DNA of 64,000 nucleotides from an uncultured Bacteroides sp. (GCA_964458155.1 CAYWGP010000171.1:11073-75072); one strand, 5' to 3'. Positions 9,301-21,063 are shown, numbered from the stretch's first letter. Program-made: numbers and translations. Notes: a model not told the origin generated them from the sequence alone.

Positions 9301-11487
9301 ATGGCGGTAATAAGGTTTAAAGCTCTGGAGCAGGTATTCAACAGAAAACCCTTGCATGTGACACCACCGTCCGACAAAACTTCGGACTATTATGCGATCA
9401 ACGTGTTTGACAGAGTGAAGATGCAGAAGTACCTTTCAAAGGATTCATTTCAGCATGTAATGGATGCAATGGATACAGGATCACCCATTGACAGAAAGAA
9501 AGCAGATTCTGTTGCTTCAGGTATGAAGTCCTGGGCTATAGAAAGGGGAGCTACCCACTACACTCACTGGTTCCAGCCCCTGACTGGAGGAACTGCAGAG
9601 AAGCATGATGCTTTTATACAGGTTAACGAATATGGCGGAGTTGTGGAGGTATTTTCCGGTGGTGCCCTGGCTCAGCAGGAACCCGATGCATCCTCCTTTC
9701 CCAGTGGAGGAATCAGGAATACTTTTGAAGCACGTGGTTATACTGCCTGGGACCCTACTTCCCCTGCCTTCATAATAGATAACACCCTTTGTATACCCAC
9801 CGTATTTATCTCCTACACCGGAGAGGCGCTGGATCACAAAACTCCCCTGTTGAAAACACTTAGTGTGGTCGACAGGGCGGCCACTGAAGTCTGCCAGTTG
9901 TTTGATAAAAACGTGACCAGGGTGAATGCCAACCTGGGCTGGGAGCAGGAGTATTTCCTTATCGATGAGGCATTGTATTATGCCCGGCCCGACCTGGCCC
10001 TAACCGGGCGTACCCTCATGGGTCATGCTTCGGCCAAAGATCAGCAGCTGGACGATCATTATTTTGGGTCCATTCCTGAAAGGGTAACGGCCTTTATGCA
10101 TGATCTGGAATCGGAAGCATATAAACTGGGAATTCCCGTTATGACCCGTCACAACGAGGTGGCTCCAAACCAGTATGAGCTTGCTCCCGTGTTTGAAGAG
10201 TGTAACCTGGCTGTGGATCACAACGCATTGATCATGGACCTGATGAAAAAGGTATCCAGGCACCATAGATTCAGGGTAATTTTTCATGAGAAGCCTTTCA
10301 AAGGGATCAATGGAAGCGGTAAACATAATAACTGGTCACTTGCTACTGATACAGGTATTGTTCTTCACAAACCCGGAAAGAATCCGAAATCAAACCTTCA
10401 GTTCCTCACCTTTGTAGTTTGTAGTGTGAAAGCTGTATTTGAGTACCAGGATCTGCTGCGCGCCAGTATCGCTTCAGCTCCCAACTCTCATCGTCTTGGG
10501 GCAAACGAAGCACCTCCTGCCATCCTCTCCTGCTTCCTGGGATCTGAAGTATCGGCCATGCTCGACCAGCTGGAAGAGCAGGTTACTTCCAAGAAGATGA
10601 CCCCGGATGAAAAAACCGCCCTTAAGCTGGATATTGGAAAGATTCCGGAAATTCTTCTCGACAATACGGACAGGAACCGTACATCGCCCTTTGCCTTTAC
10701 AGGGAACCGTTTCGAATTCAGGGCTGTCGGTAGCAGTACCAACCCTGCTATGCCAATGACTGCATTAAATGCTGCCGTTGCCGGTCAGCTCATCGAATTC
10801 AATAGGCAGGTTGAGGCCCTGGTAGAAGATGGTGTAAAAAAGGATGAAGCTATTTTCCAGGTACTCAGGGAGTATATCATAGCCTCCAAGACCATTCGAT
10901 TTGAGGGTGATAACTACAGTGATGCCTGGATTAAGGAGGCTGCAAAACGTGGCCTTACCAATGTCACTGATGTTCCGGAAGCACTTTCAGCCTACCTAAG
11001 TGACAAATCCAAGAAGCTCTTCTTCGACCTTGGAATTTTCACCGAGGTTGAACTAGAGGGTCGCGTTGAGGTCTTGTTTGAGGAGTATACCAAAAAGATC
11101 CAGATAGAAGCCAGGGTACTGGGCGATATTGCCATGAATCATATAGTACCAACGGCAGTGAAGTACCAGAACAGGCTGGTGCAAAATGTCCTTGGCTTAA
11201 AAGAGATCTACGGCGAAGAGTATAAATCACTGGCAGGAAACAGGATTGAGCTGATCAAGGAGATCTCGGATCATGTTACGGCCATCAAGACAGGCGTGAA
11301 CGAAATGGTCGACGCCAGAAAAGCAGCAAATAAGCTGGACGACGAGAAGGCAAAAGCCAAAGCTTACTCCAAAAATGTGGCTCCTTACCTGGATTCGATC
11401 CGCTACCATATTGATAAGCTGGAGCTTATTGTGGATGATGAGATCTGGCCATTGCCCAAGTACAGGGAGTTGCTGTTTACAAGTTAA
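9301..11487 (+). CDS. glnN: Glutamine synthetase type III
   Basis: 728 aa, the length of GSIII. The N-terminus (DYYAINVFDRVKMQKYLSKD) and catalytic core (NEVAPNQYELAPVFE, NGSGKHNNWS) are characteristic. Confidence 0.95.
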   Translation: MAVIRFKALEQVFNRKPLHVTPPSDKTSDYYAINVFDRVKMQKYLSKDSFQHVMDAMDTGSPIDRKKADSVASGMKSWAIERGATHYTHWFQPLTGGTAEKHDAFIQVNEYGGVVEVFSGGALAQQEPDASSFPSGGIRNTFEARGYTAWDPTSPAFIIDNTLCIPTVFISYTGEALDHKTPLLKTLSVVDRAATEVCQLFDKNVTRVNANLGWEQEYFLIDEALYYARPDLALTGRTLMGHASAKDQQLDDHYFGSIPERVTAFMHDLESEAYKLGIPVMTRHNEVAPNQYELAPVFEECNLAVDHNALIMDLMKKVSRHHRFRVIFHEKPFKGINGSGKHNNWSLATDTGIVLHKPGKNPKSNLQFLTFVVCSVKAVFEYQDLLRASIASAPNSHRLGANEAPPAILSCFLGSEVSAMLDQLEEQVTSKKMTPDEKTALKLDIGKIPEILLDNTDRNRTSPFAFTGNRFEFRAVGSSTNPAMPMTALNAAVAGQLIEFNRQVEALVEDGVKKDEAIFQVLREYIIASKTIRFEGDNYSDAWIKEAAKRGLTNVTDVPEALSAYLSDKSKKLFFDLGIFTEVELEGRVEVLFEEYTKKIQIEARVLGDIAMNHIVPTAVKYQNRLVQNVLGLKEIYGEEYKSLAGNRIELIKEISDHVTAIKTGVNEMVDARKAANKLDDEKAKAKAYSKNVAPYLDSIRYHIDKLELIVDDEIWPLPKYRELLFTS

Positions 11488-11515
11488 TCTCTACCTTTCA
11501 AGCCATATTCATTTA

Positions 11516-11545
11516 AGCCCTCCGTAATTTACGGGGGGCTTTTTA
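11516..11545 (+). terminator. Rho-independent terminator after glnN
   Basis: AGCCCTCCGT / ACGGGGGGCT stem with one G-U pair, followed by TTTTT. Confidence 0.7.
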
Positions 11546-11602
11546 CGTTTTATTATCATAGAAAAAATGGTAATTTTATCAAATTGTAAAAGGCAAGCGA
11601 AA

Positions 11603-13591
11603 ATGAACAGATATATCAGAATATTTTCACTGGTCATTATGACCACTTTATTGCTTGGTAATCCTGTTGAAGGGCAGAAGAAGCAAAAAGATTCAAAGGC
11701 TCAGGCCGCATTCAATGCCGGAGAATATTTTGAAGCCATTGATCTGTACAAAAATGCCGTGAATAAGGTGAACGACAAGAATCAGAAAACCGCAATTCTG
11801 TTCAGGATCGGCGAATGTTACAGGATTCTTGGCGATGCCCGCTCTGCGGAACTCTGGTACAGGAAGGCGGTAAGGGAGGATTACCAGGATCCCATCATCT
11901 TCCTCAGGTATGGTCAGATGATGCTAATGAATGAGAAGTACGATGAAGCCAGGGAGGAATTTAAGAAGTATATGGAACTGGTTCCGGATGATCCACGCGG
12001 TACAGTTGGAATAGAGTCCTGCGAAGCAGCTGTTAGCTGGAAGGATAATCCCACAGCATATATTGTTGAGAATATGCGCTATTTTAATTCCAGGGAAAGG
12101 GATTTTAGCCCGGCCTATGCCAGCGAAAGCTTTACGGAGGTATATTTTACTTCCACCAGGGAAGATGCCACCGGCAATGAAACCCATGGAGCAACCGGAC
12201 AGAATTTTGCCGATCTTTTCTCCACAAACCTTGATAGAAAAGGGAAGTGGAGTGTGCCAGTTCCTGTAAAGAGTCTGAATTCCGAATTTGAAGACGGCAG
12301 CCCCTGTATATCTCCCGATTTTACCACTCTCTATTTCACACGTTGTAAGAAAGGAAAGAATCAGCAGCTGGGATGCCAGATCCTCAGTGCCAGTGCCGAA
12401 GGCGGGGACTGGTCAGAGCCACAGGTGGTCCTGGAGGAATTGAGCGACAGTATAACCACGGCCCACCCGGCCATCTCGCCCGATGGAAATACCCTCTATT
12501 TTGTTTCGGATATGCCCGGCGGAGTGGGAGAGAAAGATATCTGGAAAGTTAGTCGTGGTCAGGGTGGAAGCTGGGGTAGTCCGGAAAACCTGGGTGAACA
12601 GATTAATACACCCGGAAACGAACTTTATCCTTATGTCCACAGCGATGGTACCCTCTATTTCTCGACCGACAGCAGGGTAGGGCTGGGAGGACTTGATATT
12701 TATAAGGCCACCAGGGATGAGACAGGCAGCTGGAACCTGGAGAATATGAAACCCCCTATCAACTCGCCTGAGGATGATTTTGGAATTGTGTTTGAAGCTG
12801 ACGCAGAGCGTGGCTTCTTCAGTTCCGCCAGGAAAGGCAGGGGAAATGATGATATATTTTCATTTGTCCTTCCACCGCTTGAATTCTCTGTGACGGGGGT
12901 GGTGAAGGATGAACGCAATGATCAGATTTTACCGGGATCAACAGTCAAGTCTGTGGGTAGCGATGGTATTACCGTGGAAGCGACCACTGGTGAGGAAGGC
13001 ACTTTTCGCTTTATGCTCAAGCCGGTCACAGACTATGTATTTATTGCCAGTCTACCCGGTTATCTGAATGGGAAAGAGAGAGAATCCACCCGCGGGATGG
13101 ATCAAAGCAGGGATTTCGAGGTAACCATTTACCTGGCTTCCATAACCCAGGTGATAGAACTGCCCAATATCTTTTATGACTTTGCGAAATGGGATCTGCG
13201 GCCCGAATCGATGGTTTCACTGGATAACCTGGTGGAGACTCTTGATGATAACCCAAATGTTACCATCGAACTGATGTCGCATACCGACTCCAGGGGAACT
13301 CCTGCTGATAACCAGGAACTTTCTCAGAAGAGGGCCCAATCGGTTGTTGATTACCTGATATCCAAGGGGATTCAACCCGACAGGCTAAGGGCAAAGGGAT
13401 ATGGAGAGTCTCAGCCCAAGGTGGTGGATGAAAAGGTGCTTGCCCAGTACGACTTCCTGGAGCTTGGAGATGTACTGACCGAAAGCTTTATTAACCAGCT
13501 GGGAAGTGCAGAACTACAGGAAAAAGCCCACCAGGTGAACAGGCGCACAGAATTCAGGGTACTTTCAACGGATTATATACCCCAAAACTAA
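11603..13591 (+). CDS. OmpA-family protein with TPR and TolB-like (PD40) beta-propeller repeats
   Basis: Signal peptide from Met at 11603. N-terminal TPR, then repeated SPDG.TLYF motifs. The C-terminal OmpA-like domain has NQELSQKRAQSVVDYL and RRTEFRV. Confidence 0.85.
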   Translation: MNRYIRIFSLVIMTTLLLGNPVEGQKKQKDSKAQAAFNAGEYFEAIDLYKNAVNKVNDKNQKTAILFRIGECYRILGDARSAELWYRKAVREDYQDPIIFLRYGQMMLMNEKYDEAREEFKKYMELVPDDPRGTVGIESCEAAVSWKDNPTAYIVENMRYFNSRERDFSPAYASESFTEVYFTSTREDATGNETHGATGQNFADLFSTNLDRKGKWSVPVPVKSLNSEFEDGSPCISPDFTTLYFTRCKKGKNQQLGCQILSASAEGGDWSEPQVVLEELSDSITTAHPAISPDGNTLYFVSDMPGGVGEKDIWKVSRGQGGSWGSPENLGEQINTPGNELYPYVHSDGTLYFSTDSRVGLGGLDIYKATRDETGSWNLENMKPPINSPEDDFGIVFEADAERGFFSSARKGRGNDDIFSFVLPPLEFSVTGVVKDERNDQILPGSTVKSVGSDGITVEATTGEEGTFRFMLKPVTDYVFIASLPGYLNGKERESTRGMDQSRDFEVTIYLASITQVIELPNIFYDFAKWDLRPESMVSLDNLVETLDDNPNVTIELMSHTDSRGTPADNQELSQKRAQSVVDYLISKGIQPDRLRAKGYGESQPKVVDEKVLAQYDFLELGDVLTESFINQLGSAELQEKAHQVNRRTEFRVLSTDYIPQN

Positions 13592-13596
13592 TCAAG

Positions 13597-14763
13597 ATGG
13601 GTCACTCTTCACGATACCTTCAGCGTGGAGTCTCCTCCGGCAAGGAAGATGTGCACCAGGCTATCAGGCACGTGGACAAGGGCCTGTTTCCTGGAGCTTT
13701 CTGCAAGGTTATTCCGGATATGCTTACCGGGGATCCCGATCACTGCCTGGTAATGCATGCCGATGGAGCAGGGACAAAATCATCACTGGCATATATCTAC
13801 TGGAAGGAAACAGGAGATCTCTCGGTGTGGAAAGGAATTGCCCAGGATGCCATAGTAATGAACCTGGATGATCTGCTTTGCGTTGGGATTACTGGCGATA
13901 TACTGCTTTCATCAACCATTGGCAGGAATAAAAGCAAGATTCCAGGGGAGGTAATTTCCGCCATTATAAACGGAACAGAGGAGATCCTGTCGGAACTTCG
14001 GGAATTGGGTTTTCCTGTTTACAGTACCGGTGGTGAGACTGCCGATGTGGGCGACCTTGTAAGGACCATCATAGTGGATTCCACTGTAGTTGCCCGATCC
14101 AGGCGCTCAGAAATTATTGAGAATCGCATTGTTCCCGGAAATGTAATTGTTGGGCTGTCATCATCAGGTCAGGCCAGCTATGAAAAGTTCTATAACGGTG
14201 GCATGGGAAGCAATGGTTTAACTTCTGCACGGCATGATGTGTTTGGGGAATATCTTGCAAGGCTTTATCCTGAAAGCTACGATCCTGATGTTCCGTCCGA
14301 GCTTATATATTCTGGAAGCAGATCATTGACCGAGACCATTGAAAGTGTCGGACTTGATGCCGGGAAACTGGTGCTCTCACCTACCCGGACCTATGCTCCG
14401 GTGATCAGGGAGGTACTTGAACAGTACAGGGAGCGCATCGATGGAATGATCCATTGTTCAGGAGGAGCCCAGACCAAAGTCCTGCATTTTGCAGGAAATG
14501 TTCATATTATTAAAGATAATCTGTTTCCTGTTCCTCCATTGTTCAGAATGATACAGGAGGAGTCGGGGACAGACTGGAGAGAGATGTACCAGGTGTTCAA
14601 TATGGGTCACCGTTTCGAGATTTATACCGATGAACAAAGTGCCGGAGGAATCATTGAACTGGCTGAAAAGTATGGAATTGACGCCAGGATTGTGGGCAGG
14701 TGTGAGGAATCAGAACAAAAGAAGCTTACCATTGCTGGAGAGCAGGGGGAGTATAATTACTAA
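13597..14763 (+). CDS. purM: Phosphoribosylformylglycinamidine cyclo-ligase (AIR synthase, Bacteroidota long form)
   Basis: 388 aa. YLQRGVSSGKEDVHQAI...MHADGAGTKSSLAYIYWKETGD matches the Bacteroides-type PurM as I recall it. Confidence 0.8.
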   Translation: MGHSSRYLQRGVSSGKEDVHQAIRHVDKGLFPGAFCKVIPDMLTGDPDHCLVMHADGAGTKSSLAYIYWKETGDLSVWKGIAQDAIVMNLDDLLCVGITGDILLSSTIGRNKSKIPGEVISAIINGTEEILSELRELGFPVYSTGGETADVGDLVRTIIVDSTVVARSRRSEIIENRIVPGNVIVGLSSSGQASYEKFYNGGMGSNGLTSARHDVFGEYLARLYPESYDPDVPSELIYSGSRSLTETIESVGLDAGKLVLSPTRTYAPVIREVLEQYRERIDGMIHCSGGAQTKVLHFAGNVHIIKDNLFPVPPLFRMIQEESGTDWREMYQVFNMGHRFEIYTDEQSAGGIIELAEKYGIDARIVGRCEESEQKKLTIAGEQGEYNY

Positions 14764-14776
14764 GGAGATTTAGCAT

Positions 14777-15865
14777 ATGGCTGAGAATATGATTTTAACC
14801 CGTTTGGAGGGAATCAGGGCAAGATTTGAAGAGGTGGGCCAATTAATCACTGACCCGGCTATTATTTCCGATATGAAGAAGTATGTGAAGCTGAACAGGG
14901 AGTATAAGCAGCTGGAGCCTGTAGTGGATGCCATGAATGCCTACAGGGATTTGTTGAGCAATATTGCTAGCGCAAAGCAGATGCTCGCGGAGGAGAAGGA
15001 TGAGGAGTTAAAGGAGATGGCCAGGGAGGAGCTGGATCTTTACCAGGAACAGCTTTTACCCCTGGAGGAATCCATTAAACTGCTTCTTTTACCCAAGGAT
15101 CCGGAGGATGATAAAAGTGCCATTGTTGAGATACGTGCGGGAACAGGAGGTGATGAAGCCAGTATCTTTGCAGGGGATCTCTACAGGATGTATTCAAAAT
15201 TCTTTGAAACGAAAGGCTGGAAGGCCTCCACCACCAGTTTTACTGAAGGGACTGTGGGAGGATATAAGGAGATTATTATGAATGTGGACGGCGATGGTGT
15301 TTACGGGATCATGAAGTATGAGTCGGGCGTTCACCGGGTACAACGTGTTCCGCAGACCGAAACTCAGGGAAGAGTACATACTTCTGCTGCCACAGTAGCC
15401 GTACTGCCCGAAGCAGAAGATTTTGAAATCGAAGTCAAACAATCCGACATACGGAAGGATACCTATTGCTCGTCCGGTCCGGGTGGCCAGTCGGTCAATA
15501 CCACCTATTCTGCCATACGCCTGACCCATATTCCAAGCGGGATCGTGGTAACCTGTCAGGATGAAAAATCGCAATTAAAAAACCTGGATAAGGCCATGAA
15601 AGAGCTAAGGTCAAGACTCTATAACCTGGAATACCAGAAGCGAATGGATGAGATTTCTTCCCAGCGGAAAACCATGGTTTCTTCGGGCGACCGTTCTGCC
15701 AAAATCCGGACTTACAACTGGTCACAGGGAAGGGTGACTGACCACCGCATTAACCTTACACTTTATAACCTTCAGTCCATTATTAACGGAGATATTCAGG
15801 AGATCCTTGATAAACTCCAGATGGCAGAGAATGCAGAACGGTTGAAAGAGAGCGGTGTGCAATAA
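14777..15865 (+). CDS. prfA: Peptide chain release factor 1
   Basis: 362 aa with the GGQ motif ([12 protein letters not shown]) and an RF1-type PxT tripeptide context ([14 protein letters not shown]). Confidence 0.95.
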   Translation: MAENMILTRLEGIRARFEEVGQLITDPAIISDMKKYVKLNREYKQLEPVVDAMNAYRDLLSNIASAKQMLAEEKDEELKEMAREELDLYQEQLLPLEESIKLLLLPKDPEDDKSAIVEIRAGTGGDEASIFAGDLYRMYSKFFETKGWKASTTSFTEGTVGGYKEIIMNVDGDGVYGIMKYESGVHRVQRVPQTETQGRVHTSAATVAVLPEAEDFEIEVKQSDIRKDTYCSSGPGGQSVNTTYSAIRLTHIPSGIVVTCQDEKSQLKNLDKAMKELRSRLYNLEYQKRMDEISSQRKTMVSSGDRSAKIRTYNWSQGRVTDHRINLTLYNLQSIINGDIQEILDKLQMAENAERLKESGVQ

Positions 15866-15876
15866 TTCTGAAACAC

Positions 15877-16707
15877 ATGAATGCAGAAGAAATATTCAGG
15901 AATATCAAGCGTAAAAAGAGCTTTCTCTGCGTAGGACTGGATACGGATTACAAGAAGATTCCCAGATTACTTCTTCACAAGGAATATCCCGTATTTGAGT
16001 TTAACAAGCGTATAATTGATGCTACCCATGAGTTTGCCGTGGCTTATAAACCTAACCTGGCATTTTACGAAATGCTTGGTGCCGCAGGTCATATGAGCCT
16101 GGAGATGACTGTTTCTTACATCAGGGAAAACTATCCGGATCTGTTTCTTATCGCCGATGCCAAACGGGGGGATATTGGGAACACATCACTTATGTATGCC
16201 CATGCGTTTTTCAAAACACTTGATTTTGACGCCATCACACTTTCTCCCTACATGGGTTACGACAGTATTTCTCCTTTTCTGGAAGCGGGTGGAAAGTGGG
16301 TCATACTACTGGCGCTTACATCCAATGAGGGATCAAAAGATTTTCAACAGCTTCAGCTGAAAGACGGGAAACAGCTGTTTGAAAAGGTAATAAGCACATC
16401 GGCGGAATGGGGGAATGTAAACAACACCATGTACGTGATCGGTGCCACAAAGGCTAAGGCGCTGGGTAGGATCAGGAAACTTATTCCTGAACATTTTCTT
16501 CTGGTTCCCGGCGTAGGAAGCCAGGGAGGTAGCCTGGAAGAAGTGGCTCAATACGGAATGAATGACAGGTGCGGCCTGCTGGTAAATGCAAGCAGGTCGA
16601 TTATTTATGCCGATGTTACCAATAAATTTGAAGATGCAGCCAGGGAGGAAGCTTCCAGGCTCCAGGCACAGATGGAGGAAATCCTCCTTACGCGCAGGCT
16701 GATCTGA
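15877..16707 (+). CDS. pyrF: Orotidine 5'-phosphate decarboxylase (type 2)
   Basis: 276 aa with [21 protein letters not shown] and PGVGSQGG motifs. Confidence 0.9.
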   Translation: MNAEEIFRNIKRKKSFLCVGLDTDYKKIPRLLLHKEYPVFEFNKRIIDATHEFAVAYKPNLAFYEMLGAAGHMSLEMTVSYIRENYPDLFLIADAKRGDIGNTSLMYAHAFFKTLDFDAITLSPYMGYDSISPFLEAGGKWVILLALTSNEGSKDFQQLQLKDGKQLFEKVISTSAEWGNVNNTMYVIGATKAKALGRIRKLIPEHFLLVPGVGSQGGSLEEVAQYGMNDRCGLLVNASRSIIYADVTNKFEDAAREEASRLQAQMEEILLTRRLI

Positions 16708-16709
16708 GA

Positions 16710-17900
16710 CTAAATAACCAGCTCTTTTACTTTCCCGGCGGCCTCTTCCAGGGTGATGGCTGAGTGAACTTCCAATCCGGAATTATCTATAAGTACTTTA
16801 GCCTCTTCGGCATTGGTGCCCTGTAACCTGACAATAACCGGAATCTCAATCTTCCCAATGGTACGGTAGGCTTCCACAACACCTTCTGCTACCCGGTCGC
16901 AACGAACGATTCCACCAAATATATTTATCAGAATTGCCTTTACACTGGGGTCTTTCAATATGATTCTGAACCCGGCTTCAACTGTTTCGGCATTGGCCGT
17001 TCCACCCACATCTAGGAAATTGGCCGGCTCACCACCAGAAAGTTTAATAATATCCATGGTTGCCATGGCAAGCCCGGCACCATTAACCATACATCCCACA
17101 TTGCCATCCAGCTTTATAAAATTGAGATTGAACTGACCCGCCTCTACCTCGGTAGGATCCTCCTCGTTCAGATCCCTCATGGCAGCATAATCCGGATGCC
17201 TGTACAGTGCATTGTCATCAATATTCACTTTGGCGTCAGCAGCCATAATATGATTATCTGAGGTCTTGAATACAGGATTTATTTCAAACAGCGAGGCATC
17301 AGACTTTTCATAGGCTGTGTAGAGGGCCATGGCAAATTTGGTCATCTCTTTGAAGGCCTGTCCCGATAGCCCAAGGTTAAAGGCGATGCGCCTGGCCTGA
17401 AAGGCCTGGAGACCGGTACCGGGATCAACTTCTTCCTTGAAGATCAGTTGCGGTGTTTCTTCGGCAACAGTTTCAATATCCATTCCTCCTTCAGTGGAGT
17501 ACATGATGATGTTTTTGCCGGTTTCCCGGTTCAATAAAACACTCATATAGAATTCCTGGGGTTCACTCTCACCCGGATAGAAGATCCCCTGTTCCACAAG
17601 TACCTTTCTGACCACTTTGCCTTCAGGGCCGGTCTGGTGGGTTACCAGGGTCATTCCTAAAATTTCCCGTGCATATGCCTTTACCTCGGGCAGTGATTTG
17701 GCAATTTTAACACCACCACCCTTGCCGCGACCACCTGCATGAATCTGTGCCTTTACAGCCCAGGTATCTGCACCGGTTTCTGTCTTGATTTTGCGTGCGG
17801 CCTGTTCTGCACTGTCGGGGGTAGAGGCTACTGCACCTGAGGGTACCGACACGCCAAATTGTTTAAGGATCTGCTTTCCCTGGTATTCATGGATATTCAT
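16710..17900 (-). CDS. sucC: Succinate--CoA ligase (ADP-forming) beta subunit
   Basis: 396 aa with [17 protein letters not shown], the ATP-grasp motif [15 protein letters not shown], and [10 protein letters not shown]. Confidence 0.95.
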   Translation of the reverse strand: MNIHEYQGKQILKQFGVSVPSGAVASTPDSAEQAARKIKTETGADTWAVKAQIHAGGRGKGGGVKIAKSLPEVKAYAREILGMTLVTHQTGPEGKVVRKVLVEQGIFYPGESEPQEFYMSVLLNRETGKNIIMYSTEGGMDIETVAEETPQLIFKEEVDPGTGLQAFQARRIAFNLGLSGQAFKEMTKFAMALYTAYEKSDASLFEINPVFKTSDNHIMAADAKVNIDDNALYRHPDYAAMRDLNEEDPTEVEAGQFNLNFIKLDGNVGCMVNGAGLAMATMDIIKLSGGEPANFLDVGGTANAETVEAGFRIILKDPSVKAILINIFGGIVRCDRVAEGVVEAYRTIGKIEIPVIVRLQGTNAEEAKVLIDNSGLEVHSAITLEEAAGKVKELVI

Positions 17901-17935
17901 GAGGTAGGTAATTAGTTAATGGTTATTTAGCAATA

Positions 17936-17943
17936 CAAATTTA
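17936..17943 (-). promoter_or_regulatory. -7 promoter box (TAAATTTG on the minus strand) for sucC
   Basis: Plus-strand CAAATTTA is the reverse complement of TAnnTTTG. It lies 36 nt upstream of the sucC ATG. Confidence 0.4.
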
Positions 17944-17994
17944 GACAATAGAAAGATAGGAAAAAGTTATAATTTCGTTCAAGAAATTTTACTT

Positions 17995-18522
17995 ATGAGA
18001 AAGCTGTTGAATGATGAGCTGGGAAGGCTAAGTGTTGAGGAGTTTAAGGAGGTTGATAAGGTTCCCCTGATGGTGGTACTGGATAATGTAAGGAGCCTGA
18101 ATAATATCGGTTCAGTGTTTCGTACGGCCGATGCTTTCAGGCTGGAAGGTATATACCTGTGTGGTATTACGGCTACCCCGCCTCACAGGGAGATCCATAA
18201 AACTGCACTCGGGGCAACTGAATCTGTTTACTGGGAGTACAGGGAAGAAACCACAGATGCCATCTCAGAATTAAAAGAAAGGGCTTACCAGATTTTCTCT
18301 GTTGAGCAGACAGAAGGGGCCCTTTTACTGGACAAGGTTCAACTTACCCGCGGTCAGAAATACGCACTTGTATTCGGACATGAAATAAGGGGTGTGGATC
18401 AGCAGGTGGTGGATATGAGCGATCAGTGCATCGAAATTCCTCAGTATGGCACCAAGCACTCTCTGAATATATCTGTGGCTGCCGGCATTGTTATATGGGA
18501 GCTGTTTCGCTTTAGAGCATAA
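17995..18522 (+). CDS. TrmH/SpoU-family RNA 2'-O-methyltransferase
   Basis: 175 aa with SpoU motifs (NIGSVFRTADAF, LVFGHEIRGV, SLNISVAAGIV). Confidence 0.85.
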   Translation: MRKLLNDELGRLSVEEFKEVDKVPLMVVLDNVRSLNNIGSVFRTADAFRLEGIYLCGITATPPHREIHKTALGATESVYWEYREETTDAISELKERAYQIFSVEQTEGALLLDKVQLTRGQKYALVFGHEIRGVDQQVVDMSDQCIEIPQYGTKHSLNISVAAGIVIWELFRFRA

Positions 18523-18550
18523 AAAAAGGGGCTTTATGGCCCCTTTTTTT
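18521..18550. terminator. Bidirectional rho-independent terminator between convergent genes
   Basis: A7-GGGGC-tttatg-GCCCC-T7. Confidence 0.75.
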
Positions 18551-18569
18551 ATGATTGTGTTATAAGCTC

Positions 18570-20312
18570 TTACTCAACAATTGCTTTGAATTCGGGAGTT
18601 TCGAAAAGCTTGGCGAACTCAAGGTCCTTCTTGGCGCGATCTTTAACATATTGCGCAGAACCACAGTTCTCAACAGCAAGTTGCAGATTCTCAAGAGCAG
18701 CTTCGGGCTTGTCCTGGCTAGCAGCGATCACTGCCAGCAGGTAATAACCCATTCCACCTCTTTTTTCCAGGTTTGCAGCCATTCTCCAGGCTCCTTCGCT
18801 ATCACCTTTCAGGTACTTGGCAAGTGCAGCATTAAATGAAGGTTCGCTACCAAAGTAATTTACGGCAGCTTCATAATCACCTTCCATGATGCTAACAATA
18901 CCCAGGTTGTAATTTACCTTGGCACCAGCTCCCATGGAAGCAGTGAACAATTCTTTAGCAGCTTCTATTTCACCGGCCCTCAAAGCAATGGCACCAAGAT
19001 TATTCATGATGATATCATGCTCCTTAATGGTTTTGGCTTCTCCGAATGATACTGCGGCATCTGCTATGAATTGATCAGCGGCATCACCCGTCCAGCCCAT
19101 ATTGTAAAGCGCAACACCCAGGTTGTTATGAGCGCGGAGGCAAGCAGGATCTAATTCAACAGCCAGGATATAAATGGCAGCTTTGGCTTCGTTGTCTTCA
19201 ACCAGAGTTGCGGTGTAGAGAAGCTCTTCCAGTACGAGGGTATCAGGATTGCTTATAACAAGTGCCAGAAGCTCTTCATCACTCCATCCAATTTTGTCCA
19301 TGTTAACAGTGAACTTGGACCTTCTAAGCTTGGGAAGAATCTCATCTTTGATTACTTCAAAAGCGGCGGTCAGGTTCTTGATCTCCTGCTCACGGACAAC
19401 GGGATCGGAGTGCATACTCAGAACTCTGAGGATCATTTCCTTATCCTGGATGTCAGATGCTTCCATAAGCTTTTTAAATCCTTCCCAGTCTTCCGGAGTA
19501 GCCATCATGCTCATTAGTTCATCGGCAACTTCGACATCGGATTTCTTCAACTGTCCAGACAGATATTTATTTGCAGTTTGCTGGCGCTTGTCGGCCAGTT
19601 TGGTATTCAGATCCAGTTCACCATCGGGTGAAGCATAGGCTGATATTTCAATCCCTTTAAGATCCAGTCTTTCATTTTCACTGGTTGCCTTGAGGGTTTC
19701 ATTCAGACCTGTAATTTCGTCCTTCTTCATTTCAGATCTGCGAACATCGGCCCTGTTGATGACATACTTGATGTCAGCTTGATAAGCTTCAGGAACGATC
19801 TGCTTGAAATGATTGTCGAAGAGGATGACTTTGGGGTTGTTCTGAACCAGCAGAGGGGTAACGATAATACCATCGGCCAGTTTGACTTCACCAAGATCGG
19901 CAGTTTTGTCTTTAATGGCAGCGTTGACACTGACATAAAGTTCCGACTTCATCATGACATCTTCGTAAGGGAAAGAATGTGAAATACTTGCACTTCCGCC
20001 ATTGTCATAAGGGATGACTTTATTGTTCTCGGTTGCGTCCTCACCCTGTACTACAAGAGGATCAAGTAATGCCTCACCACCTTCAAACCTGACGACAGGG
20101 GTAAGAGTTACCACAGCTTTTTTGTTAAAATACTTAACTGGGTAGTTTACATCTACAGTCAAATCTACTTCTCCACCGTGCATTTCAAGGACTTCAGGAG
20201 TTACCTTGTAATTAACAAGAGCGGAATCTTTGACCATTTTGTTTAGACCACCACAACTGCTTAAAACTGCGGCTGCGAGGATAAAAAGTGCAAAGTTTTT
20301 AATGTTTCTCAT
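18570..20312 (-). CDS. Lipoprotein with C-terminal TPR repeats
   Basis: 580 aa with a lipobox (AAAVLSSC). The C-terminal third has TPR-like repeats (AHNNLGVALYNMG, NYNLGIVSIMEGDYEAA). Confidence 0.75.
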   Translation of the reverse strand: MRNIKNFALFILAAAVLSSCGGLNKMVKDSALVNYKVTPEVLEMHGGEVDLTVDVNYPVKYFNKKAVVTLTPVVRFEGGEALLDPLVVQGEDATENNKVIPYDNGGSASISHSFPYEDVMMKSELYVSVNAAIKDKTADLGEVKLADGIIVTPLLVQNNPKVILFDNHFKQIVPEAYQADIKYVINRADVRRSEMKKDEITGLNETLKATSENERLDLKGIEISAYASPDGELDLNTKLADKRQQTANKYLSGQLKKSDVEVADELMSMMATPEDWEGFKKLMEASDIQDKEMILRVLSMHSDPVVREQEIKNLTAAFEVIKDEILPKLRRSKFTVNMDKIGWSDEELLALVISNPDTLVLEELLYTATLVEDNEAKAAIYILAVELDPACLRAHNNLGVALYNMGWTGDAADQFIADAAVSFGEAKTIKEHDIIMNNLGAIALRAGEIEAAKELFTASMGAGAKVNYNLGIVSIMEGDYEAAVNYFGSEPSFNAALAKYLKGDSEGAWRMAANLEKRGGMGYYLLAVIAASQDKPEAALENLQLAVENCGSAQYVKDRAKKDLEFAKLFETPEFKAIVE

Positions 20313-20425
20313 ATCAATCTGGTTATTTGTTGATTTCTGTTTTAAATGGTTAGTATGGTTTCAAGTGCAAAACTAATAATGTTTTTGACAAAAATAAAGA
20401 TTTCTTGGTCGAATGAATGCATAAG

Positions 20426-21061
20426 TTACAAAATAAGCCTGTTCAATCCAATACTATATTCACCATCTAAGATAACTTTTTTTATTTGATGAAAGTCAGA
20501 TCGCATATTAACAAAATCTAAATTACTGGTATCAATAACGAGAATTTTCATCTCTTGTTGTGATTTGAAGAAGCCGAAGTAACCCTCCTGTACCTCCTTA
20601 AGGTATTCGGACTTAATATGTTTTTCATAGGATCTGCCTCTTTGCCTGATGTTTTCAAGTAGTCTTTCCACCGGAAGATGCAAGTAAACATACAGATCAG
20701 GTTTGGGAGCCTGAAGATTGATGATTGAAAACAATTTCTCAAATAACTTCATCTCATCGTCTTTCAGGTTGTATTTGCTGAAAATAAAGGACTTGGCCAG
20801 AAAATAATCACTTATAACAGACTGTCCGAACAAATCAGGGTGCCCCAGTTCTGTTTTGATCTGATGATATCTTTCAGATAGAAAAGATAGCTCAAGCTGG
20901 AAGGCATAGCGGTCTGGTTCCTCATAGAATTTTGCCAGGAAAGGATTATCATTGAAGGCTTCCAGAACCAGGCGGCTGCCTGTCTCATCTGCCAGCAAAG
21001 AGGCCAGGCTTGTTTTCCCGGCCCCAATGTTCCCTTCTATGACTAAATACTTGTATTTCAA
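20426..21061 (-). CDS. Deoxynucleoside kinase
   Basis: 211 aa with a P-loop (IEGNIGAGKTSLA) and dNK-family layout. Confidence 0.85.
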   Translation of the reverse strand: MKYKYLVIEGNIGAGKTSLASLLADETGSRLVLEAFNDNPFLAKFYEEPDRYAFQLELSFLSERYHQIKTELGHPDLFGQSVISDYFLAKSFIFSKYNLKDDEMKLFEKLFSIINLQAPKPDLYVYLHLPVERLLENIRQRGRSYEKHIKSEYLKEVQEGYFGFFKSQQEMKILVIDTSNLDFVNMRSDFHQIKKVILDGEYSIGLNRLIL

Positions 21062-21063
21062 TC